From Podarcis gaigeae (Eukaryota): 64,000 nt of DNA. Positions 1-36,827 of the stretch are shown here, piece after piece. Location: assembly GCA_964106915.2 (NCBI GenBank), contig OZ066929.1; one strand, 5' to 3'. Position 1 is the first letter of the stretch, and every line of letters begins with the position of its first letter. Position numbers and translations under genes: made by a program. Under the pieces are notes generated by a model that did no database searches, had not been told where the DNA came from, and was given only the letters and a program-made list of their open reading frames with translations.

Positions 1-413
1 TGCTTCCTCGTGGAGGAAAAAGTATTGCCAAAGCATAATGACCTGGAACTCATATGCCCATTACTGAGGTATTTTTCCACCTACTGTTTGATGAAGCAGA
101 GAATGGGCTGGCCTCAGACAGCTAAAGAGGTGTGGCTTGGCAACATTCATAAGGGCCAGCAGGCAGCAGTCTCTTCCCACAGGGCTCTGGAAGTTGAGCC
201 TGTCCTGTCTAGAGGATGCTTAAGTGTGGACAAGAAGCCAGCTAACATTAACTCTCCTGGAGGCTGCAAGCCCTGTGAGCTTGTGTTCCAGCATTGCTTC
301 CTCTCACAGCTCATTGGCTCTTGACTTTTTCACCCAAGAGCCTTCACTTGGTACATTTATTTGGCTGAGAGACATCCATTGCTCCACTAGGTCAAAGAAA
401 GAGGAAGTCTACC

Positions 414-24871
<24,458 letters not shown>

Positions 24872-25327
24872 AAGCGTCTCTGTCACTCGTTTCTCCACCC
24901 TGGAGATGGCAACTTGGTTATCTCTTCTGGCAGCGGCTGCTTGAAGGTGCTTGCCTGTGCAATATCAACCAATTGCGAAGGAATCTCATCAGAATTGAGA
25001 GAGAGAAGTAGGAGATCCGAAGCAGATCTGAACTGTACTGTAAAAGCTTACCCTTGGGTTGCCAACTTGAATGCTATCTATTTTTATAACACCTAACCCC
25101 TTCTTGTTTAAAGTGTGCAACTGTCCGAAGGAAACCCCCTTGTATATAGAATGAAAGAAACCGCCCATTTGTCGCAGCAATAATATAAAGGCGCTGTCTT
25201 GCACTAGGTTTCTTAAAAGTTGCATTTTTGTTCATATGATGTCGCCTACAGCAATCCAACTGTGAGCCTGCTGGTGCAGACCAGAGGTGGGGTTGCTGAG
25301 GTTTATGCTGTACAATCACAATTTGAT

Positions 25328-25333
25328 AATAAA
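25328..25333 (+). terminator. Candidate ATP12A polyadenylation signal AATAAA
   Basis: First AATAAA I found after the stop (~460 nt downstream), with T-rich sequence following; no transcript evidence. Confidence 0.45.
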
Positions 25334-28300
25334 AATAACTTTTTACAAAAAAGCTCCTGCTTGTCCTGTCTGGGTCTTTATTTATTTATTATTACATTTA
25401 TACCCCACCTTTCTCGCCTCCTCATTCTTCATGGAAAAGGCTACAAATGGCTACTCACCAGGCTGGTACTTCACAGAATCACATAATTTGTAGAGTTGGA
25501 AGGGACCACAAGAGTCATCCAGCAATGCAGGAAAACTTTGTCCAGTGCCGGGCTCAAACCCACAACTCTGAGATTGAGAGTCTCATGCTCTACCAACTGA
25601 GCTATCCCAGCTGTCTAACCCCCACCCATAGTGATCAATGCAACTGCATCATGTGCTGGAACACAGCTTGCCCTTTTCTGCACAAAGAGCTTATTCCCCA
25701 TTAGGTGGTGAAGAGGATATATTCAAGACCTTTCAAGTTCTGCTTTTATTGTAATGAAGGCAGCATTCCAATCTGAGACTTGGCACTGCAGCAAGTCTGA
25801 AGCAAAAGCAGGAGCCATGACTAACAGAGTCTGTAAGACTACCAGGAGTTACATTTTTGGAGTCAAATGCCTTTAATGCCATTCCGTACTAAGTTGTTAT
25901 GGAAATGGCCCAACCAGTCCATCCTGCTTTCTTTTTTCAATTGCTCACATTTGAAGTCCTTGGCTTTCCATCCTGTCCCGCCCCTCCTGTGCTTTTATAC
26001 AGTGTGTAGGAGTCATTGGTGTGGTGTTTTTTTAAAATAGAAAGTGCAAGTTTCAACTAGCACATCCCAAGCTCCTCTCTTCCCCTTCTTCCAAATGTTA
26101 TGGGAATTCATCTCTCTAAACTCTGATTTGCAAATGAATGGAAAGTTTGCAACTAAGAATCTGGCTTCAAGTAATGCATTCTCCTGTAACAATGGGCTCT
26201 TATAGATGTGCCTTAATGGGCATCTGTTTGTCATTCGTAAATGTCACTGTTTTTATGTGACATGGGAACATAGCTGTCAACCTTTCCCTTTTATTGCGAG
26301 GAATCCTATTCAGAATAAGGGAATTTCCCTTAAAAAAAGGGGAAAGTTGACACACAGACACATTTGGAGGAATAATTCCTATTCACAGCAGCGAGCCAAA
26401 GTTCAAACAAGGTGATGGTCACCTGGCTTCAAAGTTGGCAAAGAAGTGGCTTTGTTTTACTATTTGTTAGCTGGCTCCTTTCCTGGATAATATCCTAACC
26501 TGCTCTGTGCTGTTGCCCACTACGGGCCCCTTTGAAATTAAATGGTCTGGTATGTTCCCAAGAAACGCTTATAAACAGAAACACCACATTCTTGTGAAGG
26601 AACAAAGGGAGAGCACAGTTCACTACTTTACCTGAGGATACTAGACCTTTCACATGGAAAAAATGCCTTATCTTCATCAAGTCTGCATGTGCCTGCTCCA
26701 TCTGCTCAGATCAGAACAAGATACAGACTTGTTTCCACCGAAGCTAAATCAAAGCAGTATTGAAAACCGCAATGCACATTTACAGAGTTTAAATCAGCCC
26801 CAATTGAACTTTCTAGCAGCCTAATTGCAATAGAATTTGTTTGTGAAGATGCCGAGGTGTCAAGTGGCATTTATTTTTGAGGGTGCAGGTGAACAAAATG
26901 TTCCAAGGAAGTCAGTATTGCTTCGTGCAACCCCAATCTAAGCAACACATCCATTGTTCCTGTGTGACTGACAGTGACTGTATATTTCATCAACATAGCC
27001 CCTTAAGGCCCATGTCTGTATCAGAAATTAATTCCATTCCTGGCTCATTTATGTTATGTAATGGTATTGTGAGCCACTTGGAGTGAGCTATGGCCCCAAA
27101 ATGCAGCCTATACATTTATTTAAAAATAAATAATAATCAACTTGCATGCCTCTCCTTTCTCTGCTGTCATACAAAATGGGGAAGGTTAGGCTACTATGAT
27201 GCATTTATTTGTAACAATAAGAGAGAGTGATCTGGAGCTTCTCTTATTAATGCAATTCCATTCCATATTCACCTACTCTTAAAACGAAACATTGGCAAAA
27301 GAACAAAGAGTTTTCTCTGGCAGGTCTTGATAGACCAGAGGATTCATTGGCTGTGATTCCTGCATTGCAGGAGTTTGGACCAGATGATCTTGGGGTCCCT
27401 TCCACCTTTACAATTCTGATTCAGTGATATTTTTCTAGAAAAGAGGTGCCGGAACTCACCATGAATACCTCCTTGGTTCTCTTAGAACAGCAATAGAGCT
27501 CACCTGAGAGGTGCCAGAACTGAGTTCCAGCGAATTCCAGCTGAAAAAAGCCAGACTGATTCTATGATTTATTGTAAACTTTCTCTTCTACTTCAAGAAG
27601 CACACCACTTGATTACAGCAGTTGAGGAATGTCCTGATCTGAAGCCTATCTTGATAACAAAAAGGCAGAGAATGATTGACACCGGTTTTTCCACTCCATT
27701 TACTTAGAAATTACCCAGACAGCATTTGTTCGATCACTCCCAAATCCAAAGAGAAACAGATCTCTTGGAAATTAACCTTGTAAACCTTCAACTTTGAGAA
27801 AATCCACTGGAGTTTTCTAGTTTCCTCTTAAAAGAGGGCCTCTTTCTTTCTCAACTTTTATCTTCAACATAGCCCCGAACTGTTTCAATGCAGCATGCTA
27901 TACAAATATAACCCTAGGATCTGATGCTCAATGTCTCCTAAGATTAGTCAGGTGGAGAATTTCAGCTAAGTACAGCATGGCAGAAAGAAAAGCTTGTGTG
28001 TGCTTCCCTCCAAAAGTGGGTATTCTAAGTGGATGAAGGATATTAATGCAATTGCAGAATGTCACATCCCATAGACTTTCACTTTCACTAAAAAGAGAGA
28101 GAGAAAAACAAACCTTCCAGTTCTGATGATTGGAAACAAAAGCATTGCACACGCAATGTTGCCAGTGCTGAATCAAGCTCTGAAACCCAGATGGAGTTGG
28201 GCAGAACTTCATATAATTATGGAGATGGGGTTTCAATGAACAACGCTTTATAATCTATTAGTTATCTAACCTCCATTCTCCAGTCATTCTGTTTGCAAGA

Positions 28301-28830
28301 GGAAGCTGTTGTGCACCAAGTCAGATTGCTGGCCCATTTAGCTCATGATTGCCTACACTGACTGGCAGCTGCTCTCCTGGGTTTTAGAAAGGGGTTTCAT
28401 CCAGTCCTACCATGAGATGCCAGGAATTGAATCCAGGACCTTCTGCATGCAGTGCATGTGCTTACCACATTCAGCCAGTCCAATATTATTTGCAGCCAAT
28501 GTTGGTGTCATCCATCTTCAGAGACAATAGAATGTGCCGCCAGGGGTGAAATCAAACTGCTGTGTTAGCATCACTGAAGTGACCTCCCTGGGGTGCAAGC
28601 CTGGACAATGTGTATGGAGGTCCTGGACTGCCCAGATGACAAGACACACCCTCTCAGCCTCACTGATGTGGTCCAAGGGAAAGGATAGCAATACATTTGG
28701 CACCAGATTGGCTGCAGGAGTAACTGGAAGGAGGCGTACAAGGTACCATCCAACCATCTTAAGAACTCCACTCCTGACTTGTGTAGGGTTTTATCTCCCA
28801 AAGATATCCCGCAAAGCAGCAGACTGGCTA

Positions 28831-28832
<2 letters not shown>

Positions 28833-28870
<38 letters not shown>
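28833..28870. repeat. (AC)n microsatellite (second run at 29128-29151)
   Basis: Direct read. Confidence 0.9.
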
Positions 28871-28872
<2 letters not shown>

Positions 28873-29105
28873 GTACCTCAAGTTACAAACGCCTCAGGTT
28901 ACAAACTCAGGTTACAAACTCTGCTTACCTGGAAGACTTACCCCCTTTTGAGAACTTTGCCCCAGGATGAGAACAGAAATCGTGTGCTGGCCGCGCAGCA
29001 GCAAGAAGAGGCCCCATTAGCAAAAGCGCACCTCTAGTTAAGAACAGTTTCAGGTTAAGAACAGACCTCCGGAATGAATTAAGTTCATAAGTAGAGGTAC
29101 CACTG
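28868..29105. mobile_element. Tigger-like MITE, same family, abutting (CA)n
   Basis: Same body and TIRs. Confidence 0.8.
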
Positions 29106-29351
29106 TATAAGTATCACTGTGTGTGATACACACACACACACACACACACACAAAATCCCCACCCAAAAACCCGCACTAAGGCATTCCAAGAGTGAGATGA
29201 AGCACATTGATTTTCAGAACTGCAAATTTTCAAAACTTAAAATTCAAAGGTTCTTCCAACCACTTAGATTTTTAAAATCCCTTGACAGTCAACACTGCTT
29301 TGGGTCAAAAAGTAGCCTGCAACTCCCATGCTGCTAGCATATATATAACCA

Positions 29352-29540
29352 AAGTGTGGTGTAGCAGTTAGGACCTGGAAGATCAGGGTTCGAATCCCTA
29401 CTGAGCCATGAAATTCACTGGGGCCACCTCGGGCCAGTCATTGCTTCTCAACCTAACCAACCTCATGGGTTGTCTGGGGAATTAAATGAGAAGGGGAGAA
29501 CCATGTTCCAGCTTGTTGGGAAAGAAATGCAATACAATAA
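29352..29540 (+). mobile_element. MIR/Squam2-like SINE; related copies ~7578-7740 (+) and 47975-48178 (-)
   Basis: gtgtggtgtag...agggttcgaatccc...ctcaacctaacc core. Confidence 0.6.
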
Positions 29541-29583
29541 AATATTTTTTTAAAAAATGTCAACATTAGCCAATAACCATTTA

Positions 29584-29826
29584 CAGTGGTATCTCAGGTT
29601 ACATACACTTCTGGTTACATACGCTTCAGGTTACATACTCCGCTAACCCAGAAATAGTGCTTCAGGTTAAGAATTTTGCTTCAGGTTGAGAACAGAAATC
29701 GTGCTCCGGCGGCGTGGCAGCGGCAGGAGGCCCCATTAGGTAAAGTGGTGCTTCAGGTTAAGAACAGTTTCAGATTAAATACGGACCTCCGGAACGAATT
29801 AAGTACTTAACCCCGAGGTACCACTG
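29584..29826. mobile_element. Tigger-like MITE, same family
   Basis: TA-CAGTGG...CCACTG-TA. Confidence 0.85.
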
Positions 29827-30906
29827 TAGTTTCAAAGTCATCTGACTGACCTAAAAAAAGTCTGGATGGAACAGAGGAATTTATTCCTTGGTGAACTGTG
29901 TTTTGGATTTTGTTGTATTATTTCTAAAAATATTATTTATTAATCTGTTCTTTGGAGAAGGTCATGACCTGGTTTCTCACATCTCCATACATCATTCCTT
30001 AACAGTCTTGCACCATCCTTGGTATAGCAGCTTCCCTTGCACTTGAAATATCACCAGTGTGCTCAAAAGCACCATCTCTTTTTATTACTATTTCTAGGAT
30101 GAGTAAGATTGGAAACAACTCTCAGAAATAAGCCTTGGGGAATTCTGGTGCAGAATGGCTGTAGCATTGGCTGACTCACAAAATTGTTCCTACAACGGTT
30201 GAGGCAAAGAGCGAGAAACATAGTGGAGAATGCCTTTTGTTGAATTAACCTTAGTCAAACTTGTACATATTGAGACAAAAAGAAACATCTGGAGGATCAC
30301 AGGTTCCCCAACCCTGTCCAATCAAGCACATCTACAGTACAATGTTATATTCCCTGTTTACTCAGAAGTAAGTCCTACAGCATTCAAGGCACCTTATTGT
30401 CAGGTAAGGTGCCTAAAAATTCACATTTGCACAAAGAAACAGAAAAAGGTATATGTAGGGACTCAGCTAGATTGGTAAAGAAAAAGCAATTTATATGTGT
30501 TGTATGTGCAGTATAACACTGTGCCACCAGATGGTGCTGTGGAGTCCCATTTTTACCTACGGGATTTCCCTGTTTAAATGTATGTGTTTAACTGAAATGC
30601 TTTTTTGATGTGTCTAGATCCAGCCTTGGTTCGAGCGAGAGGCAGTGTTTCAGCTTAAAGGCGTTAGTGAGACATCAGAAACAGATTGAGGGAAACAGGG
30701 AATAGGATCTGATTTATATTTACTTCAGCCAGCCCCTGGCGACACCCACCTCACACCTGATTGGCTGTTTTGTGCCTAGGCAGCAAATCACAATGCAGGC
30801 TTCAGAATCCTGGCCTGCCTTTTTATGCGGACTCAAGCTCAGAGCAGGGGACACGCAGGAACATAAATAAACTGGAAGAAATTCCAATTTCTGATCCAAC
30901 AAGAGA

Positions 30907-30983
30907 TCATAATTTTCTGCTTTGTTTCGGAGAAGCCACTGGTGTCCTTGTTCTGCTGCTGTGAGGCGAATGATTCCTTAAGC
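30907..30983 (-). CDS. Small gene last coding exon (LRNHSPH...SRKL*)
   Basis: ctgtag acceptor after a pyrimidine tract, TGA at 30909-30907. Confidence 0.7.
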
Positions 30984-33900
30984 CTACAGTGGAAAGAGAC
31001 AATAATCATGTAAGCACCAATGCGTCTGTGAACAAGATGGTAAAAACAAGATGGTGGACTTGCCAAAAGATTAAAACCTTTTGGGACATGATCCATGATG
31101 AAATAAAAAAAATGATAAGGACATCACACACACAAAAAGGCAGAGGCATATCTATTAGGAATTCTAGATAAAGATATCCCAAAAGTTAAAACTAACTTAT
31201 TTCTATTTGCGTCAACAGTGGCAAGAATTTTGATTGCTAGCTATTGGAAAGAAGACAGCATCCCAACAAAAAGAGAATGGTTGGGGAAACTTTGTGAGTA
31301 CTTGGAATTAGCAAAACTGACAGATATAATAAAGAGAAAATCCAAAACTATGGTTATGACGCAATGAGAGTTCTTAAATGATTATTTACAAAACCAGAGC
31401 TCAACTACATCTGGTTGTGTTTAGAATAATTTTGTGCGTAATATAAAAAATACAAAGTGAGGAAATCCAAAGGGAAAATATGAAGAACAGAGGTTCTGGC
31501 GAACGGATTATTAAAAACGCGTGAGGTAAATGGTGGAAGTCTTTTTAAAAAAACAAACAAACAAACAAACAAATTATTTAAGGTAGATAAGGACAAGCTG
31601 AAATTATACAATTGAATATAAATATAGATGGGAAACGGCTATGTATTGTGAGTACTTATCTACTTTAAAAAAATAATTCACTTATGATCTTTTTCTTTTA
31701 CTTCTTATTCTTTCTGTGTTCTTTTTTTCTTTTTTCTGATATCTTATCTTTCATTTCACTGCTTTATTGTGAATAGCATTTTATAGAGGTATAAATAACT
31801 GTAAATATGAAAAGAGACAAAATATTCTCTAATTTTTTCCCCTTGGTTAGATGTATTTTCTTTTTCTTTTGTATTTTCTTTTGTTGTGAATATGTATGTT
31901 TTCTAATTTGTACTTAATAAAAATATTAATAAAATTAAAAATGAATAAATAAAGCAAATACTTCATGCAAATATGGACAATAATGTGAGATTTTGGTTAA
32001 GTTTGGTCTCTGTATGTAAAACAAACTGTACATTCAGAGAATGGTCATTAAATATTTATTTATTTATTTATTTAATTCATAAAATTTATACACCGCTTGA
32101 TGGTAAACAACAACAACCTTCAGTCTTCAACTAGCATTAAATGATGACATTGAGGTGATACGTACGTATAACCCTTTTAAATCTGGTTGTGACCATGTTA
32201 GGGGGAAAGCAACCCATTATTCATTGAATATGTTTTAAGCTTATATCTCAACCCAGCAGTTCACCTGAGGCAACTTGCAGCTGTTCCCTGACTGCCCTTG
32301 GACAATGAAAAGACTGGCAGTCCTCAGGGAAGGAGTTGCTTGTTTTGAAATTCATATGCTATAGCTGGGTTCCAATAAGTAAACCAAGCTGATTATGGAT
32401 TCTGAAGGTGGTTATTCATCTCACTTGGTTAAAAATGTAATTCCACTTCTCCATATCTAATACATGCCATCTTTCCTGAATTGCAGGGGGTTGGACTAGG
32501 GGCTCCTCTGAGTCCCTTCCAACTCTACAATTTTATGATTCTATGTTAGCCATCAAGACTCACAAAAAGTAATAAACTGGACGTTCTCTTTAATAATTAT
32601 GAGCTCACCTTCAGCAGCTGGGATATCCAAGGTTGCTTTTTTGTGGTTCTTTCTGGATTTTACTCTCGGAGAGGGGACTTTGCGCTCTTGCCAGCTCTCT
32701 AGCTTAGCTTCAGGTAGGAGAAATATATAATTCACCAAAGCAATTCAACGGTGCAATGAAAAAGCGAGATAGAGCATCAGCAATTATCTAACTAAGGGAG
32801 CAGTCTTGTGCCCTCTGGCACAGTGGCTGAAGGTCCTCATGATGCTACAGACCACCCTCTGTGATGCCACCAGAAGTTTCCACACAGCAGTGATGGAAAG
32901 CTCTCAAACCACTGCTATTCTGACAGCAGTATAAAATGTATACATAAAAGTTTCACTCACCTATTTTCCACTGAAATCAAAGGGGCATAAAACCCTTTAC
33001 CCCTTCTTGGTTGCATCTGAAGGTGGAAGATCTAAAAAGGGACATGTGCATGCAGAGTGTACAGCTGGACCTTTTACAAACCTAGTTCCCAGTTTCAAAG
33101 AGGCAAGCCACATTTCTGAATAGTTATGGTCCTACATTGAAAATGGGCATGTCTCTTTGGCATGGGAGGTGTATTTTTGTCCAGAGGCACCGATCCATCT
33201 TTGACAGGGACACCTAGGCTCAGGGACAGACAAAGCTTAGCTTCTTTCACTGGCAAGTGCACACAGTTGTCAGTCCCTGGGCCCTGATGGCACTTCTGGC
33301 TGACTACTGACATTTGCATGAGAAGAGAAGACTCCGTAGAAAAAACGCTGGGCACAAGGAGAAGGGGACGACAGAGGATGAGATGGTTGGACAGTGTTCT
33401 CGAAGCTACCAGCATGAGTTTGACCAAACTGCGGGAGGCAGTGGAAGACAGGAGTGCCTGGCGTGCTCTGGTCCATGGGGTCACAAAGAGTCAGACACGA
33501 CTAAACGACTAAACAACAACAAACTGACATTTGAAGATGCTTTTCAAATTGCATAGATAAATGGAGGCAAGTTCACCCACCTACCTAGGAACTTAGCATT
33601 AATGACGGACTCATCTTTCAACAGAGGTGTAAATACTCTCTTGGAAGGCCTTTCACCTCCTGGAAAGGGCAAAGGTAAAGAACAATTATAGTGTGTGGTT
33701 AGGGGTAGGGATGGAATGTCCTGTTTAGCAGTCAGAATAAAGAGCAAGAGTTGAGCTAGCTGGCAAAGTCATGGCAGAACAGCTGCCAATCACAGCTGTG
33801 GCTAGCATCGTTGTTCTAACTAAGCACATTCTATTAGAAGCAAAACTCATTTTCAGTGGGTTCTCACTCACAAGTAGAGCTGGTTGAAAAAACTGATTTC

Positions 33901-36827
33901 CACAAATTCTCACATGAACCAATTTGATTTTCATCTCTTGGACTAGAGTGTAGATCAGAACACTAGATTTTTCCAAATTTTGTAATACTGTTCTTGGTTA
34001 ATTTTTTTTTTAACCAAAAGGACCTTTAAAATGTATATAAAATTGGTTTAGAAACACGGGCATTGAGATCCCATCCATGCTGAAATACATGTTTTCTAAT
34101 AAAATATTGTCAGGGGCTCAGGAGCAGAAGCACAGGAAATGGAGAGCAAAGGGGAAGAATCTGAGGGCAGCGTAGGAGAAGATGACAGTGGCCCGAGAGA
34201 TTCCATGAGCCTCTCCAGCGAATCGGAAGATTCACAGAAGGGGGCGCCGGTGGCCAGGGCAAGGGGGGTCCCAAGGGGGACACTCCAGAAGCAAGGGGCC
34301 AGTGGGGACTCCCAGAGCAGCAGTTGGAGATCAGGACCAGCTTCCCCACCAGAGCATAGTGGGGGGAAGAGTCCCAGGTATCGGGGCCAGCGTATCCCCC
34401 AGCAGACAGAGAAGATGAGTCAGGGCTGACCACGCCTCCATCGGAGAGTCAGGCAACGGAGGGGAGGTCAGGTCCAGCCAGCATCCCGGAAGAGGGAAGC
34501 AGTGATAGAAGCAGTGTAACGGTCAGGAGGAAGGTCACTGGGTTGGCGCGTGAGCCAAGTTCAAATGTACAGGCGCGCGGGACAGCAGAGAACGAGGATT
34601 GGGAACCAGGTCCTAAAGCCCGCCAGAGGCAGGGGGAGGAGTCAGGAGACTCAGCGTCAGAAGAGTCCAGAAAGGGGAATGCCTCAGCGGACAGGAGGAC
34701 CCAGAGGAGGAGAGAGCAGAGGAAGAGGTGGAGCAGGGCTAGAATCTTAAACTGGTGTCAGGGGGGAGGAGATTCAGACGGAACTTCGGCGGTCTAGAGT
34801 TTAAGACGTAGAGCTGCGCGCTACGGCTTTGAAATGGAAACTGAACTTCAATAAAGACTTTTGTATATAACAACGATCTGGCGTTGGTCCTCTGTGAGCT
34901 GGGCCCTTGGGGCAGCTCTGACAAATATGTTTTTAAATATGGTTTTTTAGGCAGATTTTTCTTTATGAAATCATAGATACATAGGAAAATGGGATGGAAT
35001 GAAAGCATGCAAAATTGACTCAGAGGTAAAATAGACTGATCCACCTATCCTTGCCTCTGAGTGACAGGCATAGGATTGGCTGCAAAGAACACTAGAAGTA
35101 GCTACACTTTGTGGACCCAGATGCAGAATTGTAAGCAATAAGGAACTGCTCACCTTCTTGCAAAGTGTTTCAGGGCCCACAGCAGCAGACCTTACAGGCA
35201 AAACTGTGAATTTGTGCACATATCTGTACATGCACAGGTAAAGGTCTAAACCTGCGGTCTAAACCACTAAGTCTCTTGGGCTTGGGAAGGCTGGCGGTTC
35301 GAATCCCTGCAACAGGGTGAGCTCCCGTTGCTCGGTCCCTGTTCCTGCCAACCTAGCAGTTCAAAAGCACATCAAAGTGCAAGTAGATAAACAGGTACTG
35401 CTGTGGCGAGAAGGTAAACGGCGTTTCTGTGCGCTCTGGTTTCTGTCATGGTGTTCTGTTGTGCCAGAAGTGGTTTAGTCATGCTGCCCACATGACCCAG
35501 AAAGCTGTCTTTGGACAAACACCAGCTCCCTCGGCCTGAAAGCGAGATGAGCGCCACAATCCCATAGTTGCCTTTGACTGGACTTAACCGTCCAGGGGTC
35601 CTTTACCTTTTACCTTTACATGCACAGATAGTACCGATTCCAGTGTGCATAAATTATCATGAGAACTGGATTCAGACTTCCTTGGTTTTAGGTGCACATT
35701 GTGCATTTGTACTGCCATACCTGTCCACATGGGAGTCTAGAGATTTGGTGCAAGGGACCTACTTGTAACACCCAGGAGTACATAGGCCTCACGTTCCCCC
35801 AGAAGCTCAGTTGCGGAGCGCTGCTTGTTCTGGAGTAAATTCTTCACCTGGCCACTCTCGTCTGCTAACTCTATGTCATCTGAAACACATGATTCAAGAA
35901 CTGGCAAGTGTTATTCATTCACACGCTATCCCTGTTTTTTTCAAACGTAAATTTTGAGCTTTCTGCATGTGTTCAATTTGTGTCAGGCCTTCTCTGAGGA
36001 ATGTGCTTCTACATACCTTGGAGTCTTTAACAGAAAGGCAAACATGCTCACAAGGAGGCTGGATGTCTGTGTCAGAGCACTGAGTGCTGTCTCAATTAGC
36101 CTCCACACTTCAGGATTTGACAAAGTCTCTGCTGGATCAAGGTGCTTACTGTCAGTGAGTGTAACCCACTGAAACATCTAAATGCATGGATACACACTCC
36201 CACCCCCCAACATACAAAGTGCACAAAGATTTTTAGTTACTGTACCTTCATCCTCACAGCCACAGCGGCGTTTGATGCCATCCAGGAGACGCTGGACTTC
36301 ACAGTGAATGTTAAAAATGTCTGCCCTGTTTTCTACAAAGTAAAAACAAAATGCAAAAATTGATTTCATTTTTTTGAATAAAACAATTTTAACCATTTAT
36401 ATGCCACCTTCCAGTAAAACATCTCCCAAAATAGCTAACAATAATGAATTTAAAACATATGCAAGGATAAAACCATGGGAAACAGCTGTCATTCACATGC
36501 TTGTAACCTCCAGGTTAGACTAATATAATGTGTCCTTGAAGATTGCAAGGAAACCATAGTTTAGCTGAAAATACAGCCTGTGGGGTTGCTAACTGGGTCC
36601 AGGTCCCGAAATGTGTTTCCCCCTGTGTTTGGACAATTGCACTGATTCCCAGTCTATTTCAAGATGCTGGCTCCCATCATCCCTGGCCATTGGTCATGCT
36701 TGCGGGGGCTGATGGGATGTGTAGTTCTGCAAACCCTGGAGGGCAAAGGTTCCCCAAACCTGTTGCAAGACAACAAAGGTTCAAGGCCGGAAGGTCACTT
36801 ACCACCATGAAGCACAGTTACAAACAT
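30907..36827 (-). CDS. Uncharacterised CXorf65/C22orf15-family protein (Pfam 'Il2rg' PF15874-like), 159 aa, 6 coding exons
   Basis: Exons 36827-36803, 36332-36246, 35879-35763, 33659-33585, 32707-32609, 30983-30907, all introns phase 1 GT-AG, 480 nt, no internal stop. Protein: MFVTVLHGENRADIFNIHCEVQRLLDGIKRRCGCEDEDDIELADESGQVKNLLQNKQRSATELLGEREAYVLLGVTRGERPSKRVFTPLLKDESVINAKFLAKLESWQERKVPSPRVKSRKNHKKATLDIPAAEGLRNHSPHSSRTRTPVASPKQSRKL. The pattern MFxxxxHG..N..C....LL..I....IxL.D.SG.VK.L...YV...F.PLL matches recalled CXorf65/C22orf15. Confidence 0.85.
31040..31955 (+). mobile_element. Degenerate L1 LINE 3' end
   Basis: Frameshifted WWTCQKIKTFW..I..EI, LLGI, WKEDSIPTKREWLGKL..YLELAKLT, then a T-rich 3'UTR and A-rich tail. 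Confidence 0.75.
32609..32707 (-). CDS. Small gene coding exon 5 (basic tail)
   Basis: ctgaag/gtgagc, 99 nt. Confidence 0.75.
33317..33522 (+). mobile_element. Bov-B LINE short 3' fragment
   Basis: Same 3' end as the other copies; 11-bp TSD ACTGACATTTG. Confidence 0.9.
33585..33659 (-). CDS. Small gene coding exon 4 (GERPSKRVFTPLLKD...)
   Basis: ttccag/gtaggt, 75 nt. Confidence 0.82.
34108..34923 (+). mobile_element. Solo LTR (Gypsy-like), 816 bp
   Basis: Termini TGTCAG...CTGACA; perfect 5-bp TSD AATAT (34103-34107 / 34924-34928); AATAAA at 34850-34855; GC-rich against AT-rich flanks. Confidence 0.88.
35238..35616 (+). mobile_element. Sauria SINE variant
   Basis: Same body; 11-bp TSD TACATGCACAG. 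Confidence 0.88.
35763..35879 (-). CDS. Small gene coding exon 3 (DIELADESGQVKNL...YVLLGVT)
   Basis: tttcag/gtaggt, 117 nt. Confidence 0.87.
36246..36332 (-). CDS. Small gene coding exon 2 (NRADIFNIHC...CGCEDE)
   Basis: ttgtag/gtacag, 87 nt. Confidence 0.85.
36803..36827 (-). CDS. Small gene coding exon 1 (MFVTVLHG)
   Basis: ATG 36827, donor gtaagt; acceptor cccttcag just upstream at 36841-36843. Confidence 0.85.

Noticed and set aside
35983-36177. Exon-like ORF WVTLTDSKHLDPAETLSNPEVWRLIE in the small gene
   Set aside because: It is phase 0 and lies between two phase-1 exons that already join into the family motif (CEDE-D-DIELADESG)
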